Positions 13,867 to 25,752 of a DNA stretch of 64,000 nt are shown in pieces (position 1 is the first letter of the stretch; each line of letters starts with the position of its first letter). The stretch is from the NCBI GenBank assembly GCA_964016885.1, contig OZ024740.1, positions 327,422,001 to 327,486,000 of the forward strand. Reading direction: 5' to 3'. Origin of the DNA: Eledone cirrhosa. Its lineage: Eukaryota. The notes under the pieces are model-generated. The model had not been told where the DNA came from. It searched no databases and worked only from the letters and a program-made list of their open reading frames with translations. The position numbers were made by a program, and so were the translations under genes.

Positions 13867-13906
13867 GCCCTTGAGAAGCCCAACTGGGCGAAACGTACGA
13901 AGGTGC
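13867..13906 (+). ncRNA. Hammerhead-like motif with U3-A8 core variant (second copy on minus strand, 12422-12461)
   Basis: UUGAGAA-GCCC aacu GGGC-GAAA-CGUA. Stem I is poorly paired. Confidence 0.5.
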
Positions 13907-14166
13907 TGTTTTAAATAAACAGGTTTTAACGGTCTATTCTACGATGTCTTACTTTTCCACGTGCTTACGCTCTGCTAACTCTCTAGCCCACTAAATATTA
14001 ACATTTCGAATATTTAATACTGCCGGCACTAGTATCGAGCACATTTGGCATACGCTACTTGGCAAATAACTATATGTATCATCTATCCTCCCTTTTTTCT
14101 CTCTCTCGATACGTAAATACTCGATACGTATATATTATATATATATATGCGTATATATATATATAT

Positions 14167-14258
<92 letters not shown>

Positions 14259-15199
14259 TCACATACACACATATATACATGTATATGATTGTAAGTGGAC
14301 ATGGTCAAATGCCAAATGTGAATAAGACGAGGAACTTCAAATGAGTTGTTAGTTACATGTCTGCCAGAGTTTATTTGGCTGACGAATACCCAGGAATTAT
14401 TTCTTTGATCTCACTTTCTCGATAAGACAGTATTAGAACATGTAAACAATAAATCAAAATGTTTTCTGTATTCTGAATTTTGTAATTACATTGTTAAAAT
14501 CATTTATCAATTAACAGCTTAGAATATGTTTTGTTTTTTATTTTGTAATACATCTTGTTAAAATTCTAAATTAATTTATGGTAACGAAAATCTTTTCTGA
14601 CAATCCTACTCTATCCAAATCTAACGTAATAAATCTGAAACTAATTTTATGTAGCCATAACAAATATTTAATGTACGAATAACGAAAAATACAGTAAAAT
14701 GTAATCTTCAAGGCAGGATTGCTTTTGATCATAAGTTTGATCGATCAGGATTGAAATTTTTATCGGTTTGGTCTGGGAAAGTTTTGGAGACCGGTGAACA
14801 AAACAATCTTTAAAGTACTGCCAAAGTACTGCATATAACGTCGTTATGAAACACTTAATATTCCCTTTGAAGAGACACCATTGCTTGCAATTGCTAAGCT
14901 TCTTCAACTGAGCTAGCAACAAAAGAATGAAAGTACCTTCCGACATTATCAGAGGCAGCTGAGAAAGTGATCATTACATCTGGTTGAAGGGGGGATATGA
15001 ACAGTGCACCTAATACATTGAGGTAGATGGAAATGTCTCGCCAGGAGTTACATCAGACCCATCTATTTCCGTACTGCTATGCTGGAGATGTGTCACATAC
15101 ATCTGTGGATAGACCCGGGTAGGGCTCGTGTCACTGTGGAAGGAGGCGAAACACTACATCGATTCTTTCATTTGGCGACAGATTACAGTAGCACCCTCA

Positions 15200-15307
15200 G
15201 CAACCAATCGTGTTTATAGAAAATATATATATATATATAAGTATGCATACGTACATATATATATCTATACAGACGTACAGTAGTATGTATATATTTATAC
15301 ATACATG

Positions 15308-15384
<77 letters not shown>

Positions 15385-15647
15385 GTATGGGTTTACCGAA
15401 CATGTATTATAATGTTCGGTTTGTTTGTAAACAAAGAGCCTGAATTAAGCCGTACAGTGTTCAGTAACCATCGTTGCCCTTTTGTTCAACACTGACAAAG
15501 GAACGATGAACTAGTTTTAAGCTTATTAGCTATCGTCAGCACCATATACCTTCCTGTCAGATGATTGAACGTTTGAAAGTATATACTTTCCTTTTACATA
15601 TCAGCCGAACTAAGAGTGAGAAATGAAATTTCATTTCATTCTTTTCC

Positions 15648-15650
<3 letters not shown>
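15200..15650 (-). mobile_element. Non-coding HHR element, same family as 63404-64000
   Basis: Colinear similarity to 63500-63705 and to the reverse complement of 63810-64000. HHR at 15503-15545 (-) with GAAA mutated to AAAA. Confidence 0.7.
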
Positions 15651-15734
<84 letters not shown>

Positions 15735-15740
15735 TATAAT

Positions 15741-16660
15741 AAATGAAATCTGAGTTTGTTTTTGTTTTTTTTTCGAATAGTAATAATTGTTTCTACTTTT
15801 GGCACAAGGGCAGCAAATACCCAATGCATTACTGGTACTTTGTTTTATTGACCCTGTAAGGATGAAAGGCAAAGTTAACCTCGGCGGTATTTGAACTCAG
15901 AATGCCAAGGGCCGTTACTCTATGCGTCAAAGCACGGTGTCCGACCCTCCATATTAATAATAACATTCGATTCGTTTGCAATTATGCAAACAGGCCTCAA
16001 TTTTATAGCCATGTCAGTAGAATGAACACTTCATTCTTGCTCTTATGTTGGCATGCGAACAGAACTGCATAAGAGCAAGAATGAAGTGTTTATTCTACTG
16101 ACATGGCTATAAAATTGAAGCTTGTTTGCATATTTGCAAACGAACCGAATGTTATTATTAATATTCGAAAAACTCAGATTACATTTATTGTATTCAGCCA
16201 TGTAGAGCGAAATTTTCTTTTCTATTTGAATTTGGGAGAGCCGGTCATTTATCGCTCGTATACAGGAAACTGACTTGCCAGTCTGCTGATATGCAAATCT
16301 GGCTGATCAGTGGATCTGTTAATATGCAGATCTGACTGATCAGCCACTCTGCTAACATGCAAATCAGGCCGATCAGTCACTGTGTATTTTTGAAAATAGC
16401 AAATATTTTCATTAACACTGACAGTTTGGCAGGTGAACAGTGAGCTGTACTGATGAAGGTTGATATCCAGAAACATTAGTGTCTACAGTTCTGTTCGCAT
16501 GCCAACATAAGAGCAAGAATGAAGTGTTCATTCTACTGACATGGCTATAAAATTGAGGCTTATTTGCATAATTGCAAACGAATCGAATGTTATCATTAAT
16601 ATTCGAAAAACTCGATTACATTTATTGTATTCAGCCATGTAGAGCGAAATTTTCTTTTTT
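15741..16660 (+). mobile_element. Non-coding element with one inverted and two direct terminal repeats (PLE-like architecture)
   Basis: 15951-16067 (continuing at 15741-15785 beyond a SINE) is inverted to the direct copies 16068-16222 and 16487-16660. Flanked by (TA)n. Confidence 0.7.
15786..15950 (-). mobile_element. tRNA-derived SINE
   Basis: Reverse complement of the 38.3-39.2 kb family: B-box GAGTTCAAAT, core ctttcatccttac and 3' end gtagaaacaatt. Confidence 0.8.
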
Positions 16661-16919
16661 ATATATTATATATGTATAAGTAAACGTGGTATCGTTTAAG
16701 GTAATCCTAGAGATTATGAATAATCTGTACAGTGGATGATTCTAACGTTCAGCGTTGTTTGACACGACAAGATGTATTTTGACAATTTGGCTAGTGGTAA
16801 CTGTACTAAACATCGATTGGTAGCACTACAGATAGCGATTTTTAGACACACTGGACCAATGAAAGATTTGTTAATACTTGAATAAACCCTAAAGTATAGC
16901 TGATCCGTGTTATTCTTCG

Positions 16920-16973
<54 letters not shown>

Positions 16974-17508
16974 CACATTCAGGACCCCGACGTCTGAGCT
17001 CCGGCCGTTTCAACATATTACCCACTCTACAACCCCAAGTATCGAGTACTCTGGTGAGTAATGGACTAATTGGTTTATACAGCCTCTATTTTGATATATA
17101 TATATATATAAACTCGATTATATATATATGTATGTATTTATATATGTATATGTACATACTTTTCTGTACTGTCCGTGATGTACCTTACCGTATTTTTTAA
17201 AATGCTGTAGAAAGTTACCCTCCTAGGCACATGTTTAGGCAAGGTTGTTTGTAAAAGACCAGTAGTCACCCATGTATAGCGGTCTCTGCTTTCTGCACGC
17301 CATCGCTGTTGTCCAAGGGACCAAGGGAAAGGCAATGGCCGATGAAGCTTAGCTCTAATGACGTTGCAACGCATTTCTCGAACAGAGTACAATGAGAAAT
17401 AAAGTGTCTTGCTCAATGACTCAACGCATCTCCTGGTCCCGGAACGAAGTCACACCTTCACGACTGCAAGCCCAACGCTCTAACTATATATATATATATG
17501 TATATATC

Positions 17509-17760
17509 CAGGGAGTGTAACTTGGAGTTACTGTAGGTTCACCTGGGTGAGCACTCGATGTTTAGGTTCACTTCAGTGTCGAGGTGTAGAGCTATACAGA
17601 GTGTATTACAGTTAAATAAGATAACAAGGACGATTGGTTACTCCTTCATTACGTTTATTGGTTGGTGACGCGCATTTCGCCACTGACCAGCTCAAGGTTC
17701 GATCTGTATCGATCTGACCTGACTCTGTAATCCGCGGCTCGTTAGACCCCTTGTAATGTT
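17509..17760 (-). mobile_element. (TA)n-flanked non-coding element, family shared with 59383-59855
   Basis: Sequence similarity to both arms and the tail of 59383-59855. Contains GAAA-UGCGCG-UC on the minus strand. Confidence 0.65.
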
Positions 17761-17783
17761 TATATATATATATATATATATAT

Positions 17784-17944
17784 ATAGGAACGAGTAGGAC
17801 CCCGACGGCTGAGCTCAAGCCGTTTCGACGGCTAATTCTCGATTAGCCGTCGAAACGGCTTGAGCTCACCCGTCGGGGTCCTACTCGTTCCTATTACCCA
17901 CTCTACTACCCTAAGTATTGAGTACCTTACCACATTTCCTTCGT

Positions 17945-17945
<1 letters not shown>
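17784..17945 (+). mobile_element. Fold-back element (53-bp arms + tail); internally deleted relative at 16981-17050
   Basis: Arms 17784-17836 / 17842-17894 have one mismatch. The tail tacccactctac..gagtac is shared with 17019-17049. Confidence 0.75.
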
Positions 17946-17999
<54 letters not shown>

Positions 18000-18009
18000 A
18001 TTACAAGGG

Positions 18010-18085
<76 letters not shown>

Positions 18086-18335
18086 GCCTTAGTACATGCG
18101 AGCACATGTCTAGAAATATATATGTATCCATATAGTGGAAGTACAGATAGATAGGTTCATACATACATATAAGCAAGAAATTAGCTCTCTCGATAGATAT
18201 ATTAGGTCTGATAGATATTTTTTATTAGGTTTGTCTCCATTATATTTTATTCTCATTGTTAATTAATATTCCCAAATTCCCTTGCGAATTATGTAATTGC
18301 ATTTGTCGTTATTACACGGAGTATCTGACTTCATA

Positions 18336-18395
<60 letters not shown>

Positions 18396-18622
18396 TCTGT
18401 GTGTGTGTACATATATATACATACGCACACACACACATGGTTTTCATGTGTACACACATACACACACACACACACACACATGTTTTTTATGTGTACACAC
18501 ACGCACATGGTTTTCATGTGTAAAGTATACTTTCTATTTCACTAAGTCTATATTGTTATAGATCATGGTGAACTCTAATGCATTAATGAATAGGAGTTTA
18601 GAAATGGAGGGGTAAAGTTCTA

Positions 18623-18744
18623 CAGGGTGGCCCAAAAGTCGCAATGTATAGGAAATGTTTAAGTTTCCATATTTATTTGTTTTGAATGAATTGTTTCTTA
18701 TAAAACAATTATTTTTTATGTATCGCGACTTATGGGACACCCTG
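18623..18744. mobile_element. Tc1/mariner-type MITE
   Basis: Imperfect TIRs cagggtggcccaaaagtcgc / gcgacttatgggacaccctg. Left flank is TA, right flank is CA. Confidence 0.7.
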
Positions 18745-19034
18745 CATAATGTGGAATTAGGAGAACTTGTGACTACTTTTATTTCAACCAATTTAATATT
18801 TCATGACTCTTAACAGAAGTACAATTAGCTAATGTGTGTATACTGTAGTATTCGATGGTCGATCCCACACATCAGAAATATATGCACATCAGCAACATGA
18901 ATTTATCTTGGTATACCAAATAACATACAACAAAAGTGACAGATCATGGCGCAGATTGCTATATGTTGTAAGTATAATTTGATACATTGAGGATGATCAC
19001 GTGATCTACTTTTAATATTTTTAAGTAGTCAAGC

Positions 19035-19137
<103 letters not shown>

Positions 19138-19193
19138 TATAGTGGTAGAACACTGGTGGGTTATATCCGCTTTTCCATGTTATCTCATTTAAC

Positions 19194-19235
19194 CCGAGCT
19201 GATGATCCGTTTGCGGTGAAACAAATTGTTCTCGG
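19194..19235 (+). ncRNA. Type I hammerhead ribozyme, canonical core
   Basis: CCGAG-CUGAUGA-UCCG uuug CGGU-GAAA-CAA A UUG-UU-CUCGG. 5-bp stem I and GUU triplet. Confidence 0.85.
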
Positions 19236-19898
19236 AAATGGTGTATTAGCTGTTGTATATATATATAAAGAAAATACGAGCTATGCAAGCTATGGACCCG
19301 ACACCAGCGCCGATCTGCTCGTAAGGTTTGGTGATTACACCTACTCTGTTTTGTTTTTTTGTTGAATTACCAAGTCTCACGAGCAGATCTATGCTGGAGT
19401 CGGGTCCACAGCTCCCATAGGTGACCTTGAGCCAATCATTTATGAAACGTACGTAAGAGGTCGATTATCAATAAAAACATGTAAACGAAACTTAATCATA
19501 TATACACTCCTGTACATCGAGTATTCATATTGGTACTACCACCAGTAATTCACTGAGTCACCTATATTTTATATACATATATTAATGTGAGTTCTATCTT
19601 TAATTATGCATAAATACTATCACATTTAGCTGATAATGTACTTAATACTTAGTATTCTATAACATTTATTTCAACAAAGGAACGTTTGCCAGAGAATTCT
19701 TTGAGTCGTAGCTGATATATTTGACAAGTCAGGTTTTCTATAGTCATGAAAACCAGTCATATGTTTCTGTCCATCTTGTGTTAAAGGTATAATGAGTGTT
19801 AAAGGTATAATGAGTGTTATGTTTATAACGTAGTAGAATTTGAAGTAATGAAACATCGACTTGAAATGTATGTAATTCTGAATGGCAGCAAGAGTTGA

Positions 19899-20046
19899 GA
19901 AGAAGAAGAAGAAGAAGAAGAAGAAGAAGAAGAAGAAGAAGAAGAAGAAGAAGAAGAAGAAGAAGAAGAAGAAGAAGAAGAAGAAGAAGAAGAAGAAGAA
20001 GAAGAAGAAGAAGAAGAAGAAGAAGAAGAAGAAGAAGAAGAAGAAA
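19899..20046. repeat. Perfect (GAA)n tract, about 49 units
   Basis: Read directly from the sequence. Confidence 0.98.
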
Positions 20047-20224
20047 CTACTTTTACGAATACTAGAATGTTAGAGCGGATGAAAAATGTGTGTATATATA
20101 TATGCACCTTTTTATCTATATATTTCAAAATATAACACAGATACACACAAATACATACATATGCAAATTCACATACACGCACATATACATAAACACATAC
20201 ATATATACACACATACATACATAC

Positions 20225-20683
20225 ATGGTGGCTGCCAACTCGTTTTCGAGTACGGCCACTACTTTATATCCATGTAGGAGAACCCCTACCGATGCGCTGA
20301 ACGAGTGTGACTTTTTAGTCCAGCCAGCGACTGGAAAACTCTGATACAAACACTACACCTGTGACAATTATTGACACATAGTGCTGGGCCCATGGTACCA
20401 TGTGACGACGAGTGCAGAGAGATCTCCAGATATAAAGCAATGCCTGTGCCGTGAAGCTTTTATAGTGAGCAAAGGCACTGCACAAAGCCAGTCCCACTCT
20501 CTTAACCAAGATGATATTTACCAAAAAGAAGAACAAGTCAACATCAGTGGATACCATCAGGGTTGCAGGTGTTATATCAGAGTTTTCCTTCTCCTAGAAT
20601 TCTGCCTTGACAAAGGCTAAGGGGTCATCTCTCCCGGTGATTTTGGATGGCCATTGACACCTAAGAGCTCCTTTGCCCTGTGA
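20225..20683 (-). mobile_element. Non-autonomous RTE-type element, copy 2
   Basis: Near-identical to 36753-37212 and flanked by (CATA)n. Confidence 0.7.
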
Positions 20684-20836
20684 TACATACATACATACAT
20701 ACATACATACATACATACATACATACATACATACATACATACATACATACATGCATACATGCATACATGCATACATACATACATACATAGATACATACAT
20801 ACATACATACATACATACATGCATACATACATACAT

Positions 20837-23800
20837 TCCTTCCATAATTCAACGCGATCAGTCGCCTATTTTGGCGTGGGAGACTATTTATTAAATTTAA
20901 GATGAATACTATCTCCGACAGTAATGCCACAACTACAGCCAGGTTGAATAACTGGTTATTCTTCTAACTATCCCTTCTGAAGACACCTTTTATTCGAATT
21001 CGTAGAGATATCCGACTAAATACATAATTCATTTTACAAGGATTTGCTACAAACAGCATGGCTGAACACAACATCAACAAGAAAATTAAGGAAGTATCGA
21101 AGACAAATAACAAAGAAGGTAATCAAACTTTATTCAGTTGTAGCGACAGAAGAAACCTAAATTATAAATCGCATTTCTCTTGGAGTTGCGAAATTAATAA
21201 TGATTTATTTAATTGTTATGAAATGGCAAAAATCAATGCCTCCATTGGCTATATGAATAGAATGAAGCTACACTGGGACGAAATGCACCCAGAGCTAAAT
21301 TATTGCACATCGAAACAATTACGCCAACAAGCGACGTTTGTTGAACGTAAAAATAAGATAAATATTATTAATTGTAAGTCCCCCACAACAAACATGGAAT
21401 CAACAACACGTGCTACAGATCGCCATGCTACTAGACTTCCTAGCAGCCAGGTCGAACAGCGCCTTGAAACAACTATGCCTGTAAGAAACTTGACACCACC
21501 TGTACCATCTAAGTCTACCTCGAATGCTGGGGAAAACACTATCGATAATAATAATAATCGAAGAAATAATAATAATAATCGAATAAATGTGACACCACGT
21601 ATACCATTCGAGTCTACCTCGACTGTTGTGGAAAATACTATCGATAATGATAATCAAAAGTATAAACAATTGAAAATTTCCCTCAACGAAATCTTCCAGA
21701 GAGAAATTAACTCATGTATAAATATCTCTCTGGCTGAACGTGTTAAAATGACAATGGTGAATAAAAAATCAAATAATGAAATACTACGTGTTATTGACGA
21801 AATAGGGGATGAATATTTACGACGGATAAAAACCCCAACATTTTGGCAAATCAACGCCTGTTTATATGCCTTAGCAATGACAGTGAAGCATTATCTTGGT
21901 GATAGCAGAGATATTAAAAAGAACAAAACACCACCAAAAATACCATCATATATAACTAAAATAGAAAATAAGAGTGCTGACCTACGAAAACATAGGACAT
22001 GTGACAATGCTCCTTACATGCAAACAAACACAAAAAAACCTCACTCCTCACCAACAAAGAGTGAAAAATAATATAGAGACGATGTTTGGTAACAGTAGAA
22101 CCAGAACTCTTCAATATAAGCTGATCACCCTCAAACAAGAATTGAGAGCTGTTAGCGAAAAACGCCGATACCTGAAGAAGGTAGATGAGAGTAAAATTCT
22201 TAATAAAAGATTCAGACGAAACCAAACATCAGTCTATAGAGATACGAAGTGTCACTGAGGCCCCATCCCAGAAAGACATAGATTCCTTTTGGAGAAAAAT
22301 ATGGGGTGAAAAGAAGAATTTCAACCAAGATGCAGTGTGGCTAAGAGAAATCCGAAAGAACTATTGCTCCTACACTACAACAAAAACATACGAAATAAGT
22401 GAGGGTACCCTTGAGACTGTGATAGGAAAACTCCAAGATAAGAAAACACCAGGAAGAGACATGATTGTCGGCTACTGGTACAAAAAACTAATATTCTATC
22501 GGAGGTATCTTACTTACCTCTACCAACAAGTTCTTAAGGGAGATACACTTATACCAGAATGGTTGACATTAGCACAAACATTACTGGTCCCCAAGAACAA
22601 AGACACCCACTTGGCAAAAAACTACCGACCCATTGTATGCCAGAACCTGATGTATAAGATGTATACAACCTGCCTGAACCTCTTCCTCCAAGATCACTGT
22701 GAAAATAATAACATCATCACAGATGAACAAGCAGCTGGAAAGAAAAGGGTTTGGGGATGTGCTGAACAACTCCTAATCAACAAAACTGCGATGTCGGAGG
22801 TGCGACAACTTAGGAGGAATATGGCTACAGTCTGGCTGGACTTCAGGAAAGCTTTCGATCCTGTTCTCAACTCTTGGATGATAGAGGCCCTCCAACTTGC
22901 TAAAGTCCCAGACATTATTGTCAGAGCCATAGAGAGGCTGTCTTCTTCTTGGGATACTATCCTAAGGTTAGAGACAGAGAGGGAGGACTTTATTTTCACT
23001 GATAAAATAAAATATTGCAGGGGTATATTTCAGGGGGACAGTCTCTCTGTGATATTATTCATCTTGTCATTAATCCCCTTGTCCTTTCTGTGAGGGATAC
23101 ATCATTGGCTCACAGGAGGACAGAAATACGAACCTAACCCATAATTTCTTTGTGGACGATCTGAAACAATATACCAAGAACTTGGATGGGATGATGAAAA
23201 GTCTTGACCTGGTTACAACGTTCTTAAAGGATATAGGAATGGAGTTTGGCCAAGATAAAAGCTCATACATGTCTGTAAAGCGGGGAAAAACAACAACCCA
23301 ATCTAGCAACATTGTCATCAATGGCCTAACTGTTTCACCGATATCTGATGAGGACTGCTACAGATACCTGGAGATAGATGAGAACATATACTATAATGGT
23401 ATCTGTAATAAAGAACGCGTAACCAGGGAATACTACACCCGATTAAGAAAGATCTGGTCATCGGAACTCTCTGCACAAAACAAATCAGTGGCTCACAATG
23501 TGTTTGCTGTGCCTGTCCTAACACCAACGTTTGGAATACTCAATTGGACGATAGACTAAATCCGAGCAGTTGATATTGGAACTCGAAAAATACTAAACAA
23601 CACCGGAAACTTCCACATCATCAGTGACATAGACCGCCTTTACTTGAAACGTAAGCAGGGAGGCAGAGGCCTAACACCAGTCCAGACAACATTTGAATGT
23701 CGCATCATATCTCCCCGACAACATCTACGAACCTCGAAGCGTAGGAGCCTGCTTCTCGAGCAAGTCTATCTGCATGAAACAGATAAGATCATGAGAGTTG

Positions 23801-24924
23801 GGAAGGAACTCCTCGAGAGATATTCCCTGTGTGATAATCAAAAACTCACACCCAGGGATGTCGCTCAGCAGTATCGCAGTATATCCATGGATGAAAAACT
23901 GCATGCCTATCAGCAAAAAATCATACATGGATATGTTGCCAAGAAGCTCCAGAGTGAGAGTAATATAGATAAGGAAAGTAGTCTATCTTGGACCAACAAC
24001 CGCTATATTGGCTCCCACATTGAAGGATACGCTTTTGCATTCCAAGATTAGCACGAAATACCTGATTCACAAAAGAGATAGGGATGCAGGCAAAACACCT
24101 AGATGTGATAACAAGTGCAGACTCTGCAGAACTAACCCATGTCAGCAGAAGCTGCCCAAAGATGTCTTCGCGGTACTATCTACCTATGAGGCATGATGTA
24201 GTGGCCAAAACACTGTACAATGCAGTTTATAAAAAAGATAGCCCCGATAATAAACACATTAAAAGCTACAACGATGTGGAAGACATCCATGTACATAATA
24301 TGAAAGAGTACTGGTGGAATGTTCCAGTAAAAACCCCCAATAAAATGCAGGCATAACAGACCAGATATTATGATATGGGACAGGGAGAAGAAAACATGCA
24401 CAGTAGTGGAAATTAGCTGCCCAGCAGATGCCAATATAATATCAAAGATTAGTGAAAAGGATAATATTTATGCAGAACTGATGAGAAATCTGCAGATATT
24501 CCACCCTGATTACACCTTCAGATTTATGCCTGTGATTGTTGGGGCACTGGGATATGTTAGTAACTGCCTCAATACAAATCTTGAGAAACTAGGCTTCACA
24601 GGAACAGAAAGAACACAACTAGTTAGGAAACTACAAGTACAATCCATTAATGGAACAGTAAAAATATGTAAAACATTCCAAAAATGTTGCATCTAATAAC
24701 TGCATATACACATGTCCAGATACAAAGCATATACACATGCACACATACAACTCAAAATATACATATCCACACATACAATAACATCCATATCTACACATGC
24801 ATGCATATATACATATCTACTTAGTAGATGTTGTGTACATTCCAATGAGAGAGTCTTGTGTCTATGTTAGAAACCGACTCTCTCTCGATTGGTAAAACTT
24901 TGTGAAATTATAAAACCAGAAGAA
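20837..24924 (+). mobile_element. R4/Dong-like RLE non-LTR retrotransposon, family A, near full length
   Basis: Single interrupted ORF with short UTRs and (CATA)n on both sides. Confidence 0.88.
21058..24696 (+). pseudogene. RT + CCHC zinc knuckle + restriction-like endonuclease (family A), disrupted
   Basis: NYRPIVC, WLDFRKAFD, GIFQGDSLS, FVDDLK, GGRGL, CRLC, RHD, RPDIMIWD..VVEISCP and PVIVGALG. Several frameshifts and stops. Confidence 0.9.
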
Positions 24925-25005
24925 CATACATACATACATACATACATACATACATACATACATACATACATACATACATACATACATACATACATACATA
25001 CATAC

Positions 25006-25685
25006 AGGAGGGCCAGCAGCTGACAATAAATGTAGGCTATGTAAAACAAAGATCGAGGATGTAAGCCACATTGTTGCCAGCTGCGAAAGAATGTCATCTC
25101 GCTACTACCTCCACATGAGACATGATGGGATAGCTAGATAATTTTTGGAACGCACTTCGGAAAACAAAATTAACAACAAGCGAAGAAGAATATATTGAGA
25201 CAGATGGCACTAAGAAATACTGGTGGAACCTGAAAATAAAAACTGCCACCAAATTAAAGCACAACCGGCCTGATATTGTAGTTTGGGACCACACATTGAA
25301 AACGTGTTCTGTTGTGGAGATCAGCTGCCCACTTGATGTAAACGTTGTCAGAAAAATACAGGAGAAGGAGGACATCTACGGACCATTGATGAGGAGTTTA
25401 CAAATCCAGTATCCAAGATACACCTTTAGCTTCATACCCATCATTATTGGTGCTACGGGTTATATACCAACCCGCTTGGACCAAAGTATGACTGAACTTG
25501 GATTTGCGGACAAAAAGCGCAGCTCCCTAATTCATAGTCTACAAATGGCTGCGATAGCTGGCACCTTCAAAATTTGCAAAACATTCTGGCGATTCAAGGG
25601 ATGACAATTTCTTTTCTTTTACAACCTTGCCACCAGGAAGGTGGCCGGTCAAAAAAATATACTCGAAATTAAGAGAAAGAGAAAA
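25006..25685 (+). mobile_element. R4/Dong-like family B, 5'-truncated copy
   Basis: Nearly identical to 28133-28810 and flanked by (CATA)n. Confidence 0.88.
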
Positions 25686-25752
25686 TATACATACATACAT
25701 ACATACATACATACATACATACATACATACATACATACATACATACATACAT

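Larger units (their letters stand above)
12365..14075 (-). mobile_element. 5'-truncated PLE with 290-bp inverted pLTRs, in (TA)n
   Basis: Inverted repeat 12365-12654 / 13673-13963 with about 110 bp of extra tail on the right arm. The minus strand encodes RT-thumb and GIY-YIG fragments. Confidence 0.85.

Noticed and set aside
15558-15592. Opposite-strand second hammerhead (CAGAUGA..GAAAGUAUAUACUU), which would make the element ambisense
   Set aside because: The core is non-canonical, is not conserved in the 63.8-kb copy (CAGAUGG) and has no stem I. It is explained by the palindrome gaaagtatatactttc.
19823-20218. Poly-Ser / poly-Lys ORFs
   Set aside because: Translation of the (GAA)n tract.
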